Origin: an uncultured delta proteobacterium
Lineage (GTDB): Bacteria > Desulfobacterota > Desulfobulbia > Desulfobulbales > Desulfocapsaceae
Assembly: GCA_963835305.1 (NCBI GenBank)
Contig: CAWIEU010000003.1
Location: 41,353 to 105,352, forward strand
Reading direction: 5' to 3'
DNA: 64,000 nucleotides
This document shows positions 20,969-30,908 of this stretch, in pieces; position 1 is the first letter of the stretch, and the number at the start of each line of letters is the position of its first letter. The position numbers and the translations under genes were made by a program. The notes under the pieces are model-generated. The model was given only the letters and a program-made list of their open reading frames with translations, made no database searches and was not told the DNA's origin.

Positions 20969-22126
20969 TTAAAAGAAAACCGGAGCCGTCTTTCGCAATT
21001 CGGTCAGTGCATAATATTGTCCGCGCCAGATTATTCCTCTGTTTCGCATGGTAGTAAAAACCGAATTTATAGTGATATAGCAGGATATATATGGTGTGAT
21101 TACAAATCCCGGCAGATACCACCACGGCAGTCCCTGCAATCGCAATCCTTTATAGCAGGCAGCAAGTCGGACACCAACCGCAACGAGGCAGAGTGCCTGT
21201 CCATAATTCGTCCCAAATATTGCTCCCCAGACAGGCAGAATCGTGGAAACAACGAGCGCTGCAAGTAAAACGGCTATGAGCAGGAAACGATAATGGACGA
21301 AGGCAAACACGTTTTTTTCCAATCCGGCGATCATATCACTGACCGAATCATACCATGGGACAAAGACAAAATCATATGCCAGAAGGCAATCCTGGCAAAA
21401 ACCACGCTGTTTTATGATTTTGCCGAGCATCAAATCGTCTATGGGGTGCATCCGGAATTCTTTATGCCCGCCGATCGCCTGATAAACAGACCTTTTCACC
21501 ATATTGAAGGCGCCTATGCCGATAAACCGGTCTCTTTTCCTGTTTACCAGCCATGGCCGGAAAAGAACCAGCAACCCCATGCCTGCGTCAAGGATCAGAG
21601 TGTTAAGCAGCCATCCCCGGGTCAGGTTCTTAAAAACCAGAGTGAGGTGATCCAGCCCGTTCCCGACCATATATTCGACCGCCCTCGCTATTGTCGTTTT
21701 CTCCAGAATAACATCGGCATCGGTAAAAAGCAGATATTGACCCTTTGCCAGTGCGGCCCCCCGAAAAAGTGCATGACTTTTACCCATCCAACCCTGCGGC
21801 AACTCATCAATCTCCAGCACATGCAAGCGGGGAAATCGAAGGAGCAACTGCTGTAATACCTGCGCAGTATTATCCGTGGAGCGATCATTGACAACAATTA
21901 TTTCCAGGTTCCCATACTCTTGACCAAGCAACGATTCCACCGACTTTTCAATACCTTCCTCCTCGTTACAGGCTGGAACTATTATTGATACCAGAGGGTC
22001 CGCGGCGGTATTACAGGTCGTAGTCTCACCGAGCCTTTTCATTTTCTTCATTCCTGCCGCAAGTATGCCTGACGAAACTACAATCGAAGAACATGCAATT
22101 ATTGATAAAACCAGAAAAACTGACAT
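20969..22126 (-). CDS. Membrane GT2 glycosyltransferase (HpnB/CrtQ-like)
   Basis: IVPACNEE, NDRSTD, GWMGK, LFTDAD and IDDLMLG motifs; hydrophobic helices at both ends. Confidence 0.82.
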   Translation of the reverse strand: MSVFLVLSIIACSSIVVSSGILAAGMKKMKRLGETTTCNTAADPLVSIIVPACNEEEGIEKSVESLLGQEYGNLEIIVVNDRSTDNTAQVLQQLLLRFPRLHVLEIDELPQGWMGKSHALFRGAALAKGQYLLFTDADVILEKTTIARAVEYMVGNGLDHLTLVFKNLTRGWLLNTLILDAGMGLLVLFRPWLVNRKRDRFIGIGAFNMVKRSVYQAIGGHKEFRMHPIDDLMLGKIIKQRGFCQDCLLAYDFVFVPWYDSVSDMIAGLEKNVFAFVHYRFLLIAVLLAALVVSTILPVWGAIFGTNYGQALCLVAVGVRLAACYKGLRLQGLPWWYLPGFVITPYISCYITINSVFTTMRNRGIIWRGQYYALTELRKTAPVFF

Positions 22127-22656
22127 CTGAGGCTCCTAACCTGTCTTTTTTACCGGCCGAATCGGGTGAATGAGAGGGAAAAATCCGGCCGGCCGTTTAT
22201 AAGGTCGTTCATGATTTTAAGCGAATGCAGAACTGATCCAACCTGTTTAAATATAAGCCACTCTCTGAAAATCGACACAATGTTCCTGAAAATTCCCGAT
22301 TCTCCGGTATTTTAAAGACAGGAGAAATTATTTTGCTCTTGTTTTCTGGGGCTTTAAAACAAAAGTTCTGGCAATAATTAACAGAGATGGTAAATAAAAT
22401 AGCTTGGCATTTCTCTCATCCGCAAGAATAGATAGACGCCACTGCCTTCAGACAAGAGTATCTTCTCTTCCTAGAATTTGATTTTGCAAGTCATCAGAAA
22501 TTAATAAAATTTTCTCTTACCGGCTTAATCATCCCAGATACATGCTCCCTGAAACAGGTAACTCTAATTATTGGGCTTGCGAGTTATGCACTGATATGAT
22601 CCTTTTTAAAAATTATCATACGAAAAGTCTTTTTTCGTGTAGTAAAGGTCCTGGAA

Positions 22657-25600
22657 ATGAACACAAAAGATTACCGTGAGATCCCGTACAACTTCACATC
22701 CGCCGATGATAAACTGATTATTAATCTGCTTTTCGGATCCGAGGTATGGGACGACCTGGAAGAACTGAGAAGCCAGAGGATTACCGGCAGATCGGCAAGA
22801 CTTGTCATGCGTTTTATGGGCGATCTTTTTATTCTCAGAAGAAATCCTTTTCTCTATCAGGAGCTTATTGACTCACCGATCAGAAGACAAAAGTTTTTGA
22901 GGACCGCTCAGGAGGATCTGACTGTTATCGAACAGGCGGCTAGGATCGGCAGAGTCGGCACTGAGCGTAGCGCCAAAGTGCTTCGTCTGGTCAACCTGTG
23001 CCATGATCGCCTCTGCGAATTAAAAAAAGAGATCGGTGAAGCTGCCAGCCGCCGGAACCAGATGCAAAAAAAACTAGGCGCGATCATCGGCAAGGAAAAT
23101 GTCCGCTTTGACCCTTTCACCCTGATCAGCCATGCAACGGATGCAACGGATTGGCGGCTCTTTCTTCCCGTTGCCGTCCTGAGACCTTCAAGAGAAGAGC
23201 AGGTACCAGCGTTAATAAAAGCTATCGGGGAGCTGGGTCTGAAAATAATTCCACGTGGAGGAGGTACCGGTCTGACTGGAGGCTCCGTACCGGTAACCAG
23301 CAATTGCGTCATTATCAACACCGAGAAGCTGACCAGAATTCATGATATCGAGTATAAAGATTTTCCGCATTTGGGAGAGGGTACCAAAATCCCGGTTTTA
23401 AAAGTTGAAGCGGGAGTCGTAACTTCTGACGCCATGGCCCATGTTGCTGGCCGGGATCTCGTTTTTGCGACCGATCCAACCAGTGCCTGGGCTTCGACCA
23501 TCGGCGGCAACATTGCGGAGAATGCCGGCGGCAAAACAGCGGTGCTCTGGGGGACGGCAATCGATAATATCCTGTCGTACACCATAGCCATGCCGGGACA
23601 AGACCTCCTTACCGTACGACGTATCAACCATCCGATGCGCAAGATTCTTCCGGATGACGTTCTCGAGTTTGAAGTTGTAAACAGCCGGAAGCGGGTAATT
23701 CGCAAAATTTCTCTGACCGGCACCGACATCCGCAAAAAAGGTTTGTGGAAGGATATCACGAACAAGGCACTCAAAGGGCTGCCCGGTTTTCAAAAAGAAG
23801 GTACCGACGGGGTTATCACCTCCGGAGAGTTTGTTCTGCACAAGGCCTATGAGAAAAAGGTCACCTTCTGTCTGGAATTTTTCGGGGAAGACATGGATGA
23901 AGCCAGCCGGGTTATTGTCGAAATCTCTGAAGAATTTGTCAATCAGGGACAAGAAGCCCTAATGGCTCTGGAGCATTTTGATGAGGAGTACATCCGGGCA
24001 ATCAAATATAAATTCAAAGCGGCAAGAAGCACTCATCCAAAGGCCGTTCTCTTGATCGACATGGTCGGCCACACCACCGAACAGGTTTTGAACGGCAAAA
24101 AACGCTTGGAAAAACTGCTGATCCCCTACAAGAACACCGAGTTATTCACCGCTCAGGACTCCGATGAGGCTGCCCGGTTCTGGCGGGATAGAAAACGGCT
24201 GGGAGCCATTTCCGCCCGGACCAACGCCTTCAAGCTTAACGAAGATATTGTCCTGCCGCTTCCGGCCCTGGCCGAATTCGCCCGGTTCGTCGATGAGTAT
24301 AATATTGAACAGGATATCTTCAACCGAGAACAGGTTATCCATGCAATAATCGGGTATCTGCAAAGTGCCGAACCTATTGAAGATCCGGACTGGCTGGAGG
24401 CGAAAATTCCCAAAGCCACTGAAATCTGTACAGAAACTCTGGATAAGCTCGCCTTGCGAACAACGGAATCCATTCGTAAGGATGTGCATACCAAAAAATT
24501 GATGGCCGATCTGCTCGAACTGTTCAGCGGCTATAAAAAAGTCAGCGCCAGTATAGAATCGATCTACAATGAGGTACGGTCAAAGCGGATCATCATCGCC
24601 ACCCACATGCACGCCGGAGACGGAAATATCCATGTTAATATTCCGGTTTTTTCCAGTGATCGCCTTATGATGAAACATGCTGAAAGAGCCGCGGAGGCCG
24701 TTATGGCTAAGGCGGTCCAACTAGGCGGAGTGGTCAGCGGCGAGCACGGAATCGGCATCACCAAGATGAAGTTTCTGGAAGAAAAACGTTATCAGGAACT
24801 GAAAGCCTACAGAAAAGAAGTTGATCCCGATGGCATGATGAATCCCGGAATGCTCAGCGATCCCTCGATCATCGACAAGGTATTCACGCCCTCTTTCAAC
24901 CTTCTCGAGCTGGAGGCAAAAATACTGCAATACGGCTCCCTTGCGGATCTTTCATCGATGATTTCCAAGTGCATCCGTTGTGGAAAATGTATGCCGGTTT
25001 GTTGCGTCTACCATCCGGGAAGCAATATCTTTTTTCATCCGAGAAATAAAAATATGGTTATCGGCTCACTGATCGAAGCGCTGTTGTACGATATGCAGCG
25101 CTCCCACCTGCCGCGATTCAACCAGTTGAAAAATCTCGAAGAGATTGCCGACCACTGCACCATGTGCGGCAAATGTCTCAGCCCCTGTCCGGTTGACATC
25201 GACACTGCCGAGGTTTCACTTCTCGAGAGGGGAATTCTCAGCGATCTCGGCTACAAACATACCGCACCCGCCACGCGGCTGTCCCTGATGTATCTCCAGA
25301 ACAGAGACAGGACCATCAACAGGATCTTCCGAAAAGGAGTTCTGGAATGGGGCAGTTCGCTTCAGCGTCTCGGAGCCAAAGCTTTTAAAAAAGCACCTCC
25401 TGCAATCAAGGAGAACGAATGGCGTCCATTGAACATGCTGAAATCTCCAATGACACCGGCCTCGCCCGCCGCTCTCAACGCAATGCTGCCGCAGTGTTCG
25501 GAACACGAGGCCCTGATGATTCGCCCGGAAGGAGAGGTCAAAAAAACCGTCTTCTATTTTCCGGGCTGCGGTTCGGAACGTCTCTACTCTTCTATCGGGA

Positions 25601-26295
25601 TGGCGGCGATCTACCTGCTGCTCAAAAATGATATTCGAGTGGTCCTGCCTCCTCCTTACCTGTGCTGCGGCTTTCCGGCAAAGGTCAATGCCAAGAAGAA
25701 AATGGCCGGACAAATTTTTCTGAGAGATACAATTATCCTCAGTCAAATCAGGGAAATGCTTGGCCATTTGGTATTCGATGCCTTTCTGATCAGCTGCGGC
25801 ACCTGCCGCGAATCCCTGCAGGAGATTGGCTGCGCCGAGATTTTCGGCTGTGCTGTTCAAGATGTTTCCCGGTATGTTTTAGAAAATTCTCAGCAGAAAT
25901 ACAGTTCAAAAAGTTCGGAACCTGTCCTGTACCACACCCCCTGTCATGATTCCTTTGACGGTGACGGCCCGAATATTCTCAAGAGACTGTACACGACGGT
26001 GAAGAGTGTGCCGAATTGTTGTTCCGAGGCGGGAACCCTTGCCGTTTCCAGACCGGACATCTCCTATGCCATGCTGCAACGAAAAAGGGAATCGCTGAGG
26101 AACGCCGGAATAGGAGAGCAGCCAACAATTATTGCCACAAACTGTCCTTCCTGTCTCTCCGGACTTGGCCGCAATACGGACATGAACATCATTCCGCAGC
26201 ATATGGCGGTTGTTCTGGCTGAAGCCATTGGCGGGGAAAACTGGCAGACGGAATTTGTAAACCTGGTTGCCGACGGGGAAAAGGTGACGTTCTAA
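22657..26295 (+). CDS. Large FAD-binding and Fe-S/CCG oxidoreductase (DUF3683-type fused GlcD-GlcF architecture)
   Basis: REIPYNFTS N-terminus; PRGGGTGLTGG; HMHAGDGNIH; SGEHGIG; CIRCGKC; CTMCGKCLSPCP; FPGCGSE; CCG; NCPSC. Confidence 0.85.
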   Translation: MNTKDYREIPYNFTSADDKLIINLLFGSEVWDDLEELRSQRITGRSARLVMRFMGDLFILRRNPFLYQELIDSPIRRQKFLRTAQEDLTVIEQAARIGRVGTERSAKVLRLVNLCHDRLCELKKEIGEAASRRNQMQKKLGAIIGKENVRFDPFTLISHATDATDWRLFLPVAVLRPSREEQVPALIKAIGELGLKIIPRGGGTGLTGGSVPVTSNCVIINTEKLTRIHDIEYKDFPHLGEGTKIPVLKVEAGVVTSDAMAHVAGRDLVFATDPTSAWASTIGGNIAENAGGKTAVLWGTAIDNILSYTIAMPGQDLLTVRRINHPMRKILPDDVLEFEVVNSRKRVIRKISLTGTDIRKKGLWKDITNKALKGLPGFQKEGTDGVITSGEFVLHKAYEKKVTFCLEFFGEDMDEASRVIVEISEEFVNQGQEALMALEHFDEEYIRAIKYKFKAARSTHPKAVLLIDMVGHTTEQVLNGKKRLEKLLIPYKNTELFTAQDSDEAARFWRDRKRLGAISARTNAFKLNEDIVLPLPALAEFARFVDEYNIEQDIFNREQVIHAIIGYLQSAEPIEDPDWLEAKIPKATEICTETLDKLALRTTESIRKDVHTKKLMADLLELFSGYKKVSASIESIYNEVRSKRIIIATHMHAGDGNIHVNIPVFSSDRLMMKHAERAAEAVMAKAVQLGGVVSGEHGIGITKMKFLEEKRYQELKAYRKEVDPDGMMNPGMLSDPSIIDKVFTPSFNLLELEAKILQYGSLADLSSMISKCIRCGKCMPVCCVYHPGSNIFFHPRNKNMVIGSLIEALLYDMQRSHLPRFNQLKNLEEIADHCTMCGKCLSPCPVDIDTAEVSLLERGILSDLGYKHTAPATRLSLMYLQNRDRTINRIFRKGVLEWGSSLQRLGAKAFKKAPPAIKENEWRPLNMLKSPMTPASPAALNAMLPQCSEHEALMIRPEGEVKKTVFYFPGCGSERLYSSIGMAAIYLLLKNDIRVVLPPPYLCCGFPAKVNAKKKMAGQIFLRDTIILSQIREMLGHLVFDAFLISCGTCRESLQEIGCAEIFGCAVQDVSRYVLENSQQKYSSKSSEPVLYHTPCHDSFDGDGPNILKRLYTTVKSVPNCCSEAGTLAVSRPDISYAMLQRKRESLRNAGIGEQPTIIATNCPSCLSGLGRNTDMNIIPQHMAVVLAEAIGGENWQTEFVNLVADGEKVTF

Positions 26296-26338
26296 GCGCG
26301 GCGAAGAGATCGGAGAAAAGGCCGTTTCCTGATTGGCG

Positions 26339-28048
26339 CTAGTTTACGCCATCGATTTTTATAACTACAAGAGTTATATCATCCTCTGATCTCTGCCCCT
26401 CTGTGAATCGATTCAAATCGTCATACACGGCGTTAAGGATTTGCGCTGCGGACTCTGCCGCATTCTCGCGGATAATGTCGCGCAGCCGCTCCTTACCAAA
26501 CATTTCCCCATGCCGGTTAATCGCCTCCCAGATACCGTCCGTGCCGATGGCGATAATCTGTCCGTTACTCAGACCGTCCTTGTGATTTTCTCTGTAATTG
26601 ACTTCATCCGCTACTCCCAGAGCAATGCCGATGCCCTTGAGTTCTTCGAATTCGTCTGTAACGGGATCATAGAGAAGGGCTGGATCATGTCCTGCCCGAA
26701 CCCACTCAAGCCATTTTTCTTCAGGATTGATGGTCATATAAAACAGTGTCATAAATCTGCCTGTTTGCAGAACATCGAGTGCCAGATGATGATTCATCGC
26801 CGTGATTATTTCTGAAATCGAACCTGGTTGTGAAGCTCTCATTCGCAAAAAGGCTCGGGCCGTGGTCATCAGAAGAGCCGAATCCACTCCATGGCCGGAA
26901 ATATCTCCTACTACAACACTGAATGGGCCACTCTTTGATTCCCGCCGCCAGAGAAAATCATAATAATCTCCTCCAATCTCATCACAGGAGACATTCCTTC
27001 CGGCAATATCAAGCCCGTTAATCAACGGTTTTTCCTGAGGCAGCAGACTCTTCTGAACTTCCCCGGCCAGGGTCAGGGCTTTCTTATGGGCAGTCATATC
27101 CGTAACGAATGCCATATTACCAATAACCTGTCCTTGATCATCTCTTAAGGTATTGCCATGGATTAATACGGGAACCTGCCTGCCGTCTTTGGCGACAATC
27201 ATGCCTTCGGACTCACGATATTCTTTAGCCATCATCTTCTCTTTGTTCGACAGCAGAAAGCGCTTAAACTGATCGCTCGCGAAATCGATCGGCCTCTTTC
27301 CGATCATCTCCTCCCTGGTATATCCGAGCATTCTACACCAGGCGTTATTGACATCCGTAATCTCCATATGCTCGTTCATGAGAAAAAATCCCTCTGCGGC
27401 GGTCTCGACAATCCGGCGAAACTTTTCTTCACTTTTACGAAGTGCAATTTCGATCATTTTACGTTTGGTGATGTCGATCAAGATACCTTGATTGTGAGTT
27501 TTCTCTCCAGCGGCATTACGAACGACCGAGGTTCGATCTTCCACCCAGCGCAAGTCACCGGATTTTGTGATGCAGCGATAGATCTGTTTGTATTCTTCCA
27601 CATCGGCGGCGGCGTATATATTAATTTCCTCCTTGATTCGTTCCCTGTCATCGGGATGCACGATATCTCGAAAAGAAAGTTCACCTGATAAAAATTCTTC
27701 ACGGCTGTAGCCGAATTGACTTATATTTTCGGAAATATATTCCAGTTTGATCCGGTTTCCGGCAGGCCTGCGAAAAAGGATTACCGGACTTTGGTCGATG
27801 ATCAGTTTCGACATACGCAGAGCCTTTTTCAACTGCCTGCGTTCGTTACATTCCAGAGTGAACTCTCTGGTACGATCGTCGAATTGTTTTTGCAGCGCTT
27901 CCAAGGCAACTTCCGCCGCAGCCAGTTTCATTCGTAACTCATCGGCTTCTTCCGCTTTCTTCCTCAATTTATCCAATTCGTCGGGCTGTTCCTGATTGTC
28001 TTTTTCCGGATCCGCATACATAGTTGCCTTCCTATCGAGATGGTTCAT
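26339..28048 (-). CDS. PAS-PAS-SpoIIE (PP2C / RsbU-like) phosphatase
   Basis: N-terminal coiled coil and two PAS domains, then EVQKSLLP, IGGDYYD, GDISGHG, AGH, TDGIWE and DDITLVV. Confidence 0.9.
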   Translation of the reverse strand: MNHLDRKATMYADPEKDNQEQPDELDKLRKKAEEADELRMKLAAAEVALEALQKQFDDRTREFTLECNERRQLKKALRMSKLIIDQSPVILFRRPAGNRIKLEYISENISQFGYSREEFLSGELSFRDIVHPDDRERIKEEINIYAAADVEEYKQIYRCITKSGDLRWVEDRTSVVRNAAGEKTHNQGILIDITKRKMIEIALRKSEEKFRRIVETAAEGFFLMNEHMEITDVNNAWCRMLGYTREEMIGKRPIDFASDQFKRFLLSNKEKMMAKEYRESEGMIVAKDGRQVPVLIHGNTLRDDQGQVIGNMAFVTDMTAHKKALTLAGEVQKSLLPQEKPLINGLDIAGRNVSCDEIGGDYYDFLWRRESKSGPFSVVVGDISGHGVDSALLMTTARAFLRMRASQPGSISEIITAMNHHLALDVLQTGRFMTLFYMTINPEEKWLEWVRAGHDPALLYDPVTDEFEELKGIGIALGVADEVNYRENHKDGLSNGQIIAIGTDGIWEAINRHGEMFGKERLRDIIRENAAESAAQILNAVYDDLNRFTEGQRSEDDITLVVIKIDGVN

Positions 28049-28096
28049 TAGAGGAGGTGGTGCTTGAGAATACTACAGCTTATAGTAACTACAATC

Positions 28097-28269
28097 TTAA
28101 CCGTTCACCAGCACCCCATTTTTGTCCGATCAGGCCGCCTCGCATAACCAACTATAGCTCCGAGGCCTGCTTGAACAAACCTGGAGCACTGGATGAACGG
28201 TGACAGATCCGGGTTATGGTGACAGATCCGGGTTATGCAGTCTTTTGATGTGTACCGATGAACGATTAC
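28097..28269. mobile_element. MITE-like element with (G)TAACCGTTCA...TGAACGATTAC terminal inverted repeats (IS66-like ends)
   Basis: CTACAATC flanks both sides (28089-28096 and 28271-28278). Related copy at 63560-63770. Internal tandem duplication of GTGACAGATCCGGGTTATG. Confidence 0.7.
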
Positions 28270-28341
28270 TCTACAATCAACCTTTAGAAAAGATGGGCGA
28301 AATTTCTTCTGCGGAGAAAGAGCAAATAAAATGCCTGAAAA

Positions 28342-28388
28342 AAAATGGGTCGAAAAATGGCTGCTTCCGCCATTTTTCGACCCATTTT
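28342..28388 (-). terminator. Perfect 20-bp inverted repeat, probable terminator downstream of the EHD-like gene
   Basis: AAAATGGGTCGAAAAATGGC-N7-GCCATTTTTCGACCCATTTT, followed by a T run on the minus strand. Confidence 0.6.
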
Positions 28389-28399
28389 CAGCCAAATTT

Positions 28400-28561
28400 G
28401 ATGGTGTCGTAAAAAGTCATCGAAGTTGCTGAGATGGGCTCTGGAAAAAGCTCGATATACGAGGCGTAGTATCTGAAACGAGGATTTGGCAGTACATGTG
28501 GTACGGCAAATCCTCGTTTCAGATCTACAACGACGTAGATCGGGCTTTTTACGAGTCCATC
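28400..28561. mobile_element. MITE-like element, subfamily A (GATGGnnTCGTAAAAA termini, 6-bp target duplication AAATTT)
   Basis: Terminal inverted repeats; AAATTT at 28394-28399 and 28562-28567; near-identical copy at 45817-45978. Confidence 0.85.
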
Positions 28562-28575
28562 AAATTTATTAATAA

Positions 28576-29931
28576 TCAATTTAGTCGGGTTACTATTTTC
28601 TCATAATACTTTTTCAGATCGTTATTCAAAAAGCTCTGGATTTTCGTCAATCCCCTACCATAACCACTCCACAGATCACTTACTTTCAAACTCTGCAGAT
28701 TTTCTTTGGCTTTACCTTCCATTTTCTGCCAGAGATTTTTTCGGTAATCATTTTCGAGATTGACCAGATCACGTCCATTGATCATTGCCTTTTTCAATTG
28801 CTGTCTGAAAGCAATCTTGCTGTAGCTGAAATAACCGACAAACAAAGCAGCCACCGCGAGTATTCCAGGGATGATCAGATTGGCCAAAGAAAACTGACTG
28901 TTCCTGATCGAAGTAATGAGGGTACTTTCCGGCCAGGCAAAAATGGTATTCAGCAGTACATCACCGAAGAGAAACAGAAGTATCGAAACAATGACGGAAA
29001 ATTTTGCATATTTCCAAAACTTCTTGGTGGCCCGCCTGAGAAATTCACCAACCGCCTCGGCGACAATCTGAAGTTCGTTCACCTGGCGATCGATATCCTC
29101 CAGAATATGATTGATACGGAAGCTCGGTGCTCTTTTGATTTTTTCAATCAGCTCTTCCCTTTCCTGAGGCCAGCCCTCCGCCACTGTACTTGGATCAACA
29201 ACTGAAGGAGAATAGGTAAGGTAAATATGGGGGATATCCTTACGTCCTGTCATTTGGGACATGTTCCAGCAAAGGGTACCATAAGAGCGGGTGAAATCAC
29301 TGAGATGATCACACTCATCTATTCTGCTCATCACGAAGACGATCCGATGCTCACCCGATTTCTCCGGCAGAGTGTTTCGGATTACATTATAGGATTCTTT
29401 GATGGTGCCTGCCTTGTGCGAATCGAACATCAGAACTATCAGATCCGCCATTTTGGCAAATTCTCCCAGCACCTTCATGTAATCGTAGCCCCGGTCCCTT
29501 TCACTGGTGGCATCAATCATTCCGGGACTGTCAATGATTGCCATTCCTTCAAGCATCGGACTGGCAACCTGCTTCATGCAGATGTGAGAGATCAGCTTCT
29601 CGCCGAATCCCCTGAAATGCTGAAAGGGCATATTTTCGTCATTGACGAGCGTCGATCCCGGAGTTTCCACATCATCCACGCCGGGATCACTGGTAATAAT
29701 GGTAAAGGAGTCGTCCGTCGGAGCCTGGCCTGTGCGTTGAACGCGTTTCCCTATAAGTTCGTTTATAAGAGTGGATTTTCCCGAGGAGTAATTCCCAATG
29801 ATGAGAACAATCGGCTTCCATTTTAAAGCAGCATTGATCCCGCCAAAGTCCATTTTGTATCGGGCAAACAGTGGTTCGAGTTTTTTCTTCACCTTAGTCT
29901 GTAATTGTTTTTGCAGTTCTTTTTCGTTCAT
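28576..29931 (-). CDS. Dynamin-superfamily P-loop NTPase of EHD/sarcalumenin type with two C-terminal transmembrane helices
   Basis: GNYSSGKST, RTGQAPTDDSF, PGSTL, IDSPG, RGYDY and LMFDSHK motifs; hydrophobic segments FSVIVSILLFLFG and LIIPGILAVAALFVGYF. Confidence 0.8.
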   Translation of the reverse strand: MNEKELQKQLQTKVKKKLEPLFARYKMDFGGINAALKWKPIVLIIGNYSSGKSTLINELIGKRVQRTGQAPTDDSFTIITSDPGVDDVETPGSTLVNDENMPFQHFRGFGEKLISHICMKQVASPMLEGMAIIDSPGMIDATSERDRGYDYMKVLGEFAKMADLIVLMFDSHKAGTIKESYNVIRNTLPEKSGEHRIVFVMSRIDECDHLSDFTRSYGTLCWNMSQMTGRKDIPHIYLTYSPSVVDPSTVAEGWPQEREELIEKIKRAPSFRINHILEDIDRQVNELQIVAEAVGEFLRRATKKFWKYAKFSVIVSILLFLFGDVLLNTIFAWPESTLITSIRNSQFSLANLIIPGILAVAALFVGYFSYSKIAFRQQLKKAMINGRDLVNLENDYRKNLWQKMEGKAKENLQSLKVSDLWSGYGRGLTKIQSFLNNDLKKYYEKIVTRLN

Positions 29932-30303
29932 CGCATAACCCAGTTGTTATTTAATCTTACACCCACTATTTTTGGAATGGCTTCCCATAGTACCCGAACT
30001 GACAAAAACTCTCGAACATTTATTGACTTTCTTACACCAGAAAATGATAGGAAAGGCCTAGGCAGGATTCATTACATTAACTCCAAAGCCACGTTGCGTC
30101 CTGATCACCCGTCAAAATGCAGCAGAACAAAGAAACTGCAATGTCGTTGAGTCATGGTAATGATTTTTTTCTTACCGCTCACCGGTAAAAGCAAAATACT
30201 CAAATATTTCCCGAAGTCTATCGCTTACCGTCACCCCATGTTCAGATAATCAGCGAGTCGTTCGGGCATTGCCGAACGCCTATGAAACCTTCAGAGAACG
30301 ATT

Positions 30304-30696
30304 TTACTTGGCGAATCTTAGAGTAAGGGCGGTAACAACCCCCCATACCCAGTTAAAAAAGACGACCAGAACAGGTGTCAAAAGGCCGAGCTCTATCCCG
30401 CCGATTCCCTTATGGGCCTGCACAGGAAAAAAATACAACAGCTGCATCGCCGTAGGTGCCAAACTCAAGACAAAGCCCCGCGACAGCACTTTCGATCTCA
30501 ACAGAGGCAGCAGAAAGAGAAAGCCCCATATGCCACCCCAGACTATCCTCGGATAGAGCCAACCGGCTGATAAATGTGGCGCGATGGCTACTCCGAGCTG
30601 CCGGGAGAAGCCCATATCTCCAAAGAACCAGACAGTTATACTGTTTGCCAAGGCGCCAAGGCAACCTGCAGCAAAACAGATCAATACGTTTTTCAT
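30304..30696 (-). CDS. Hypothetical membrane protein with about four transmembrane helices
   Basis: Hydrophobic ORF, GAGGA RBS before ATG 30696, YPRIVWGGIWG motif. Confidence 0.7.
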   Translation of the reverse strand: MKNVLICFAAGCLGALANSITVWFFGDMGFSRQLGVAIAPHLSAGWLYPRIVWGGIWGFLFLLPLLRSKVLSRGFVLSLAPTAMQLLYFFPVQAHKGIGGIELGLLTPVLVVFFNWVWGVVTALTLRFAK

Positions 30697-30908
30697 GGTT
30701 GAATCCTCATAAAATGTCCACACCAATCAGCCGGGAACCAGCAGGTCTGTAAACCAGTTTTTCTGTTGGTCAGGGGGAAAAGATGTTACTCTGTCATATG
30801 TTTGTTCCGGTCCTTGGTAAATGCCACCGTTCTCTAAGGAAATGGTCGTGACGAGCTGCCAGACAGCTACCTTTTTTCTCTTCCAATCATCTTTCTTGGC
30901 ATCCAAGC

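Noticed and set aside
28398-28404. TTGAT at MITE left ends as an IS200/IS605 (ISDra2-type) target motif
   Set aside because: The elements have terminal inverted repeats and 6-bp target duplications, which HUH-type IS200/IS605 elements do not produce; the TT belongs to the duplication.
28105-28579. Short ORFs such as MIINKFDGLVKSP (28388..28579), and similarly 43272..43499, 45758..46045 and 63630..63884
   Set aside because: They lie within the MITE-like repeats and frames are not kept between copies.
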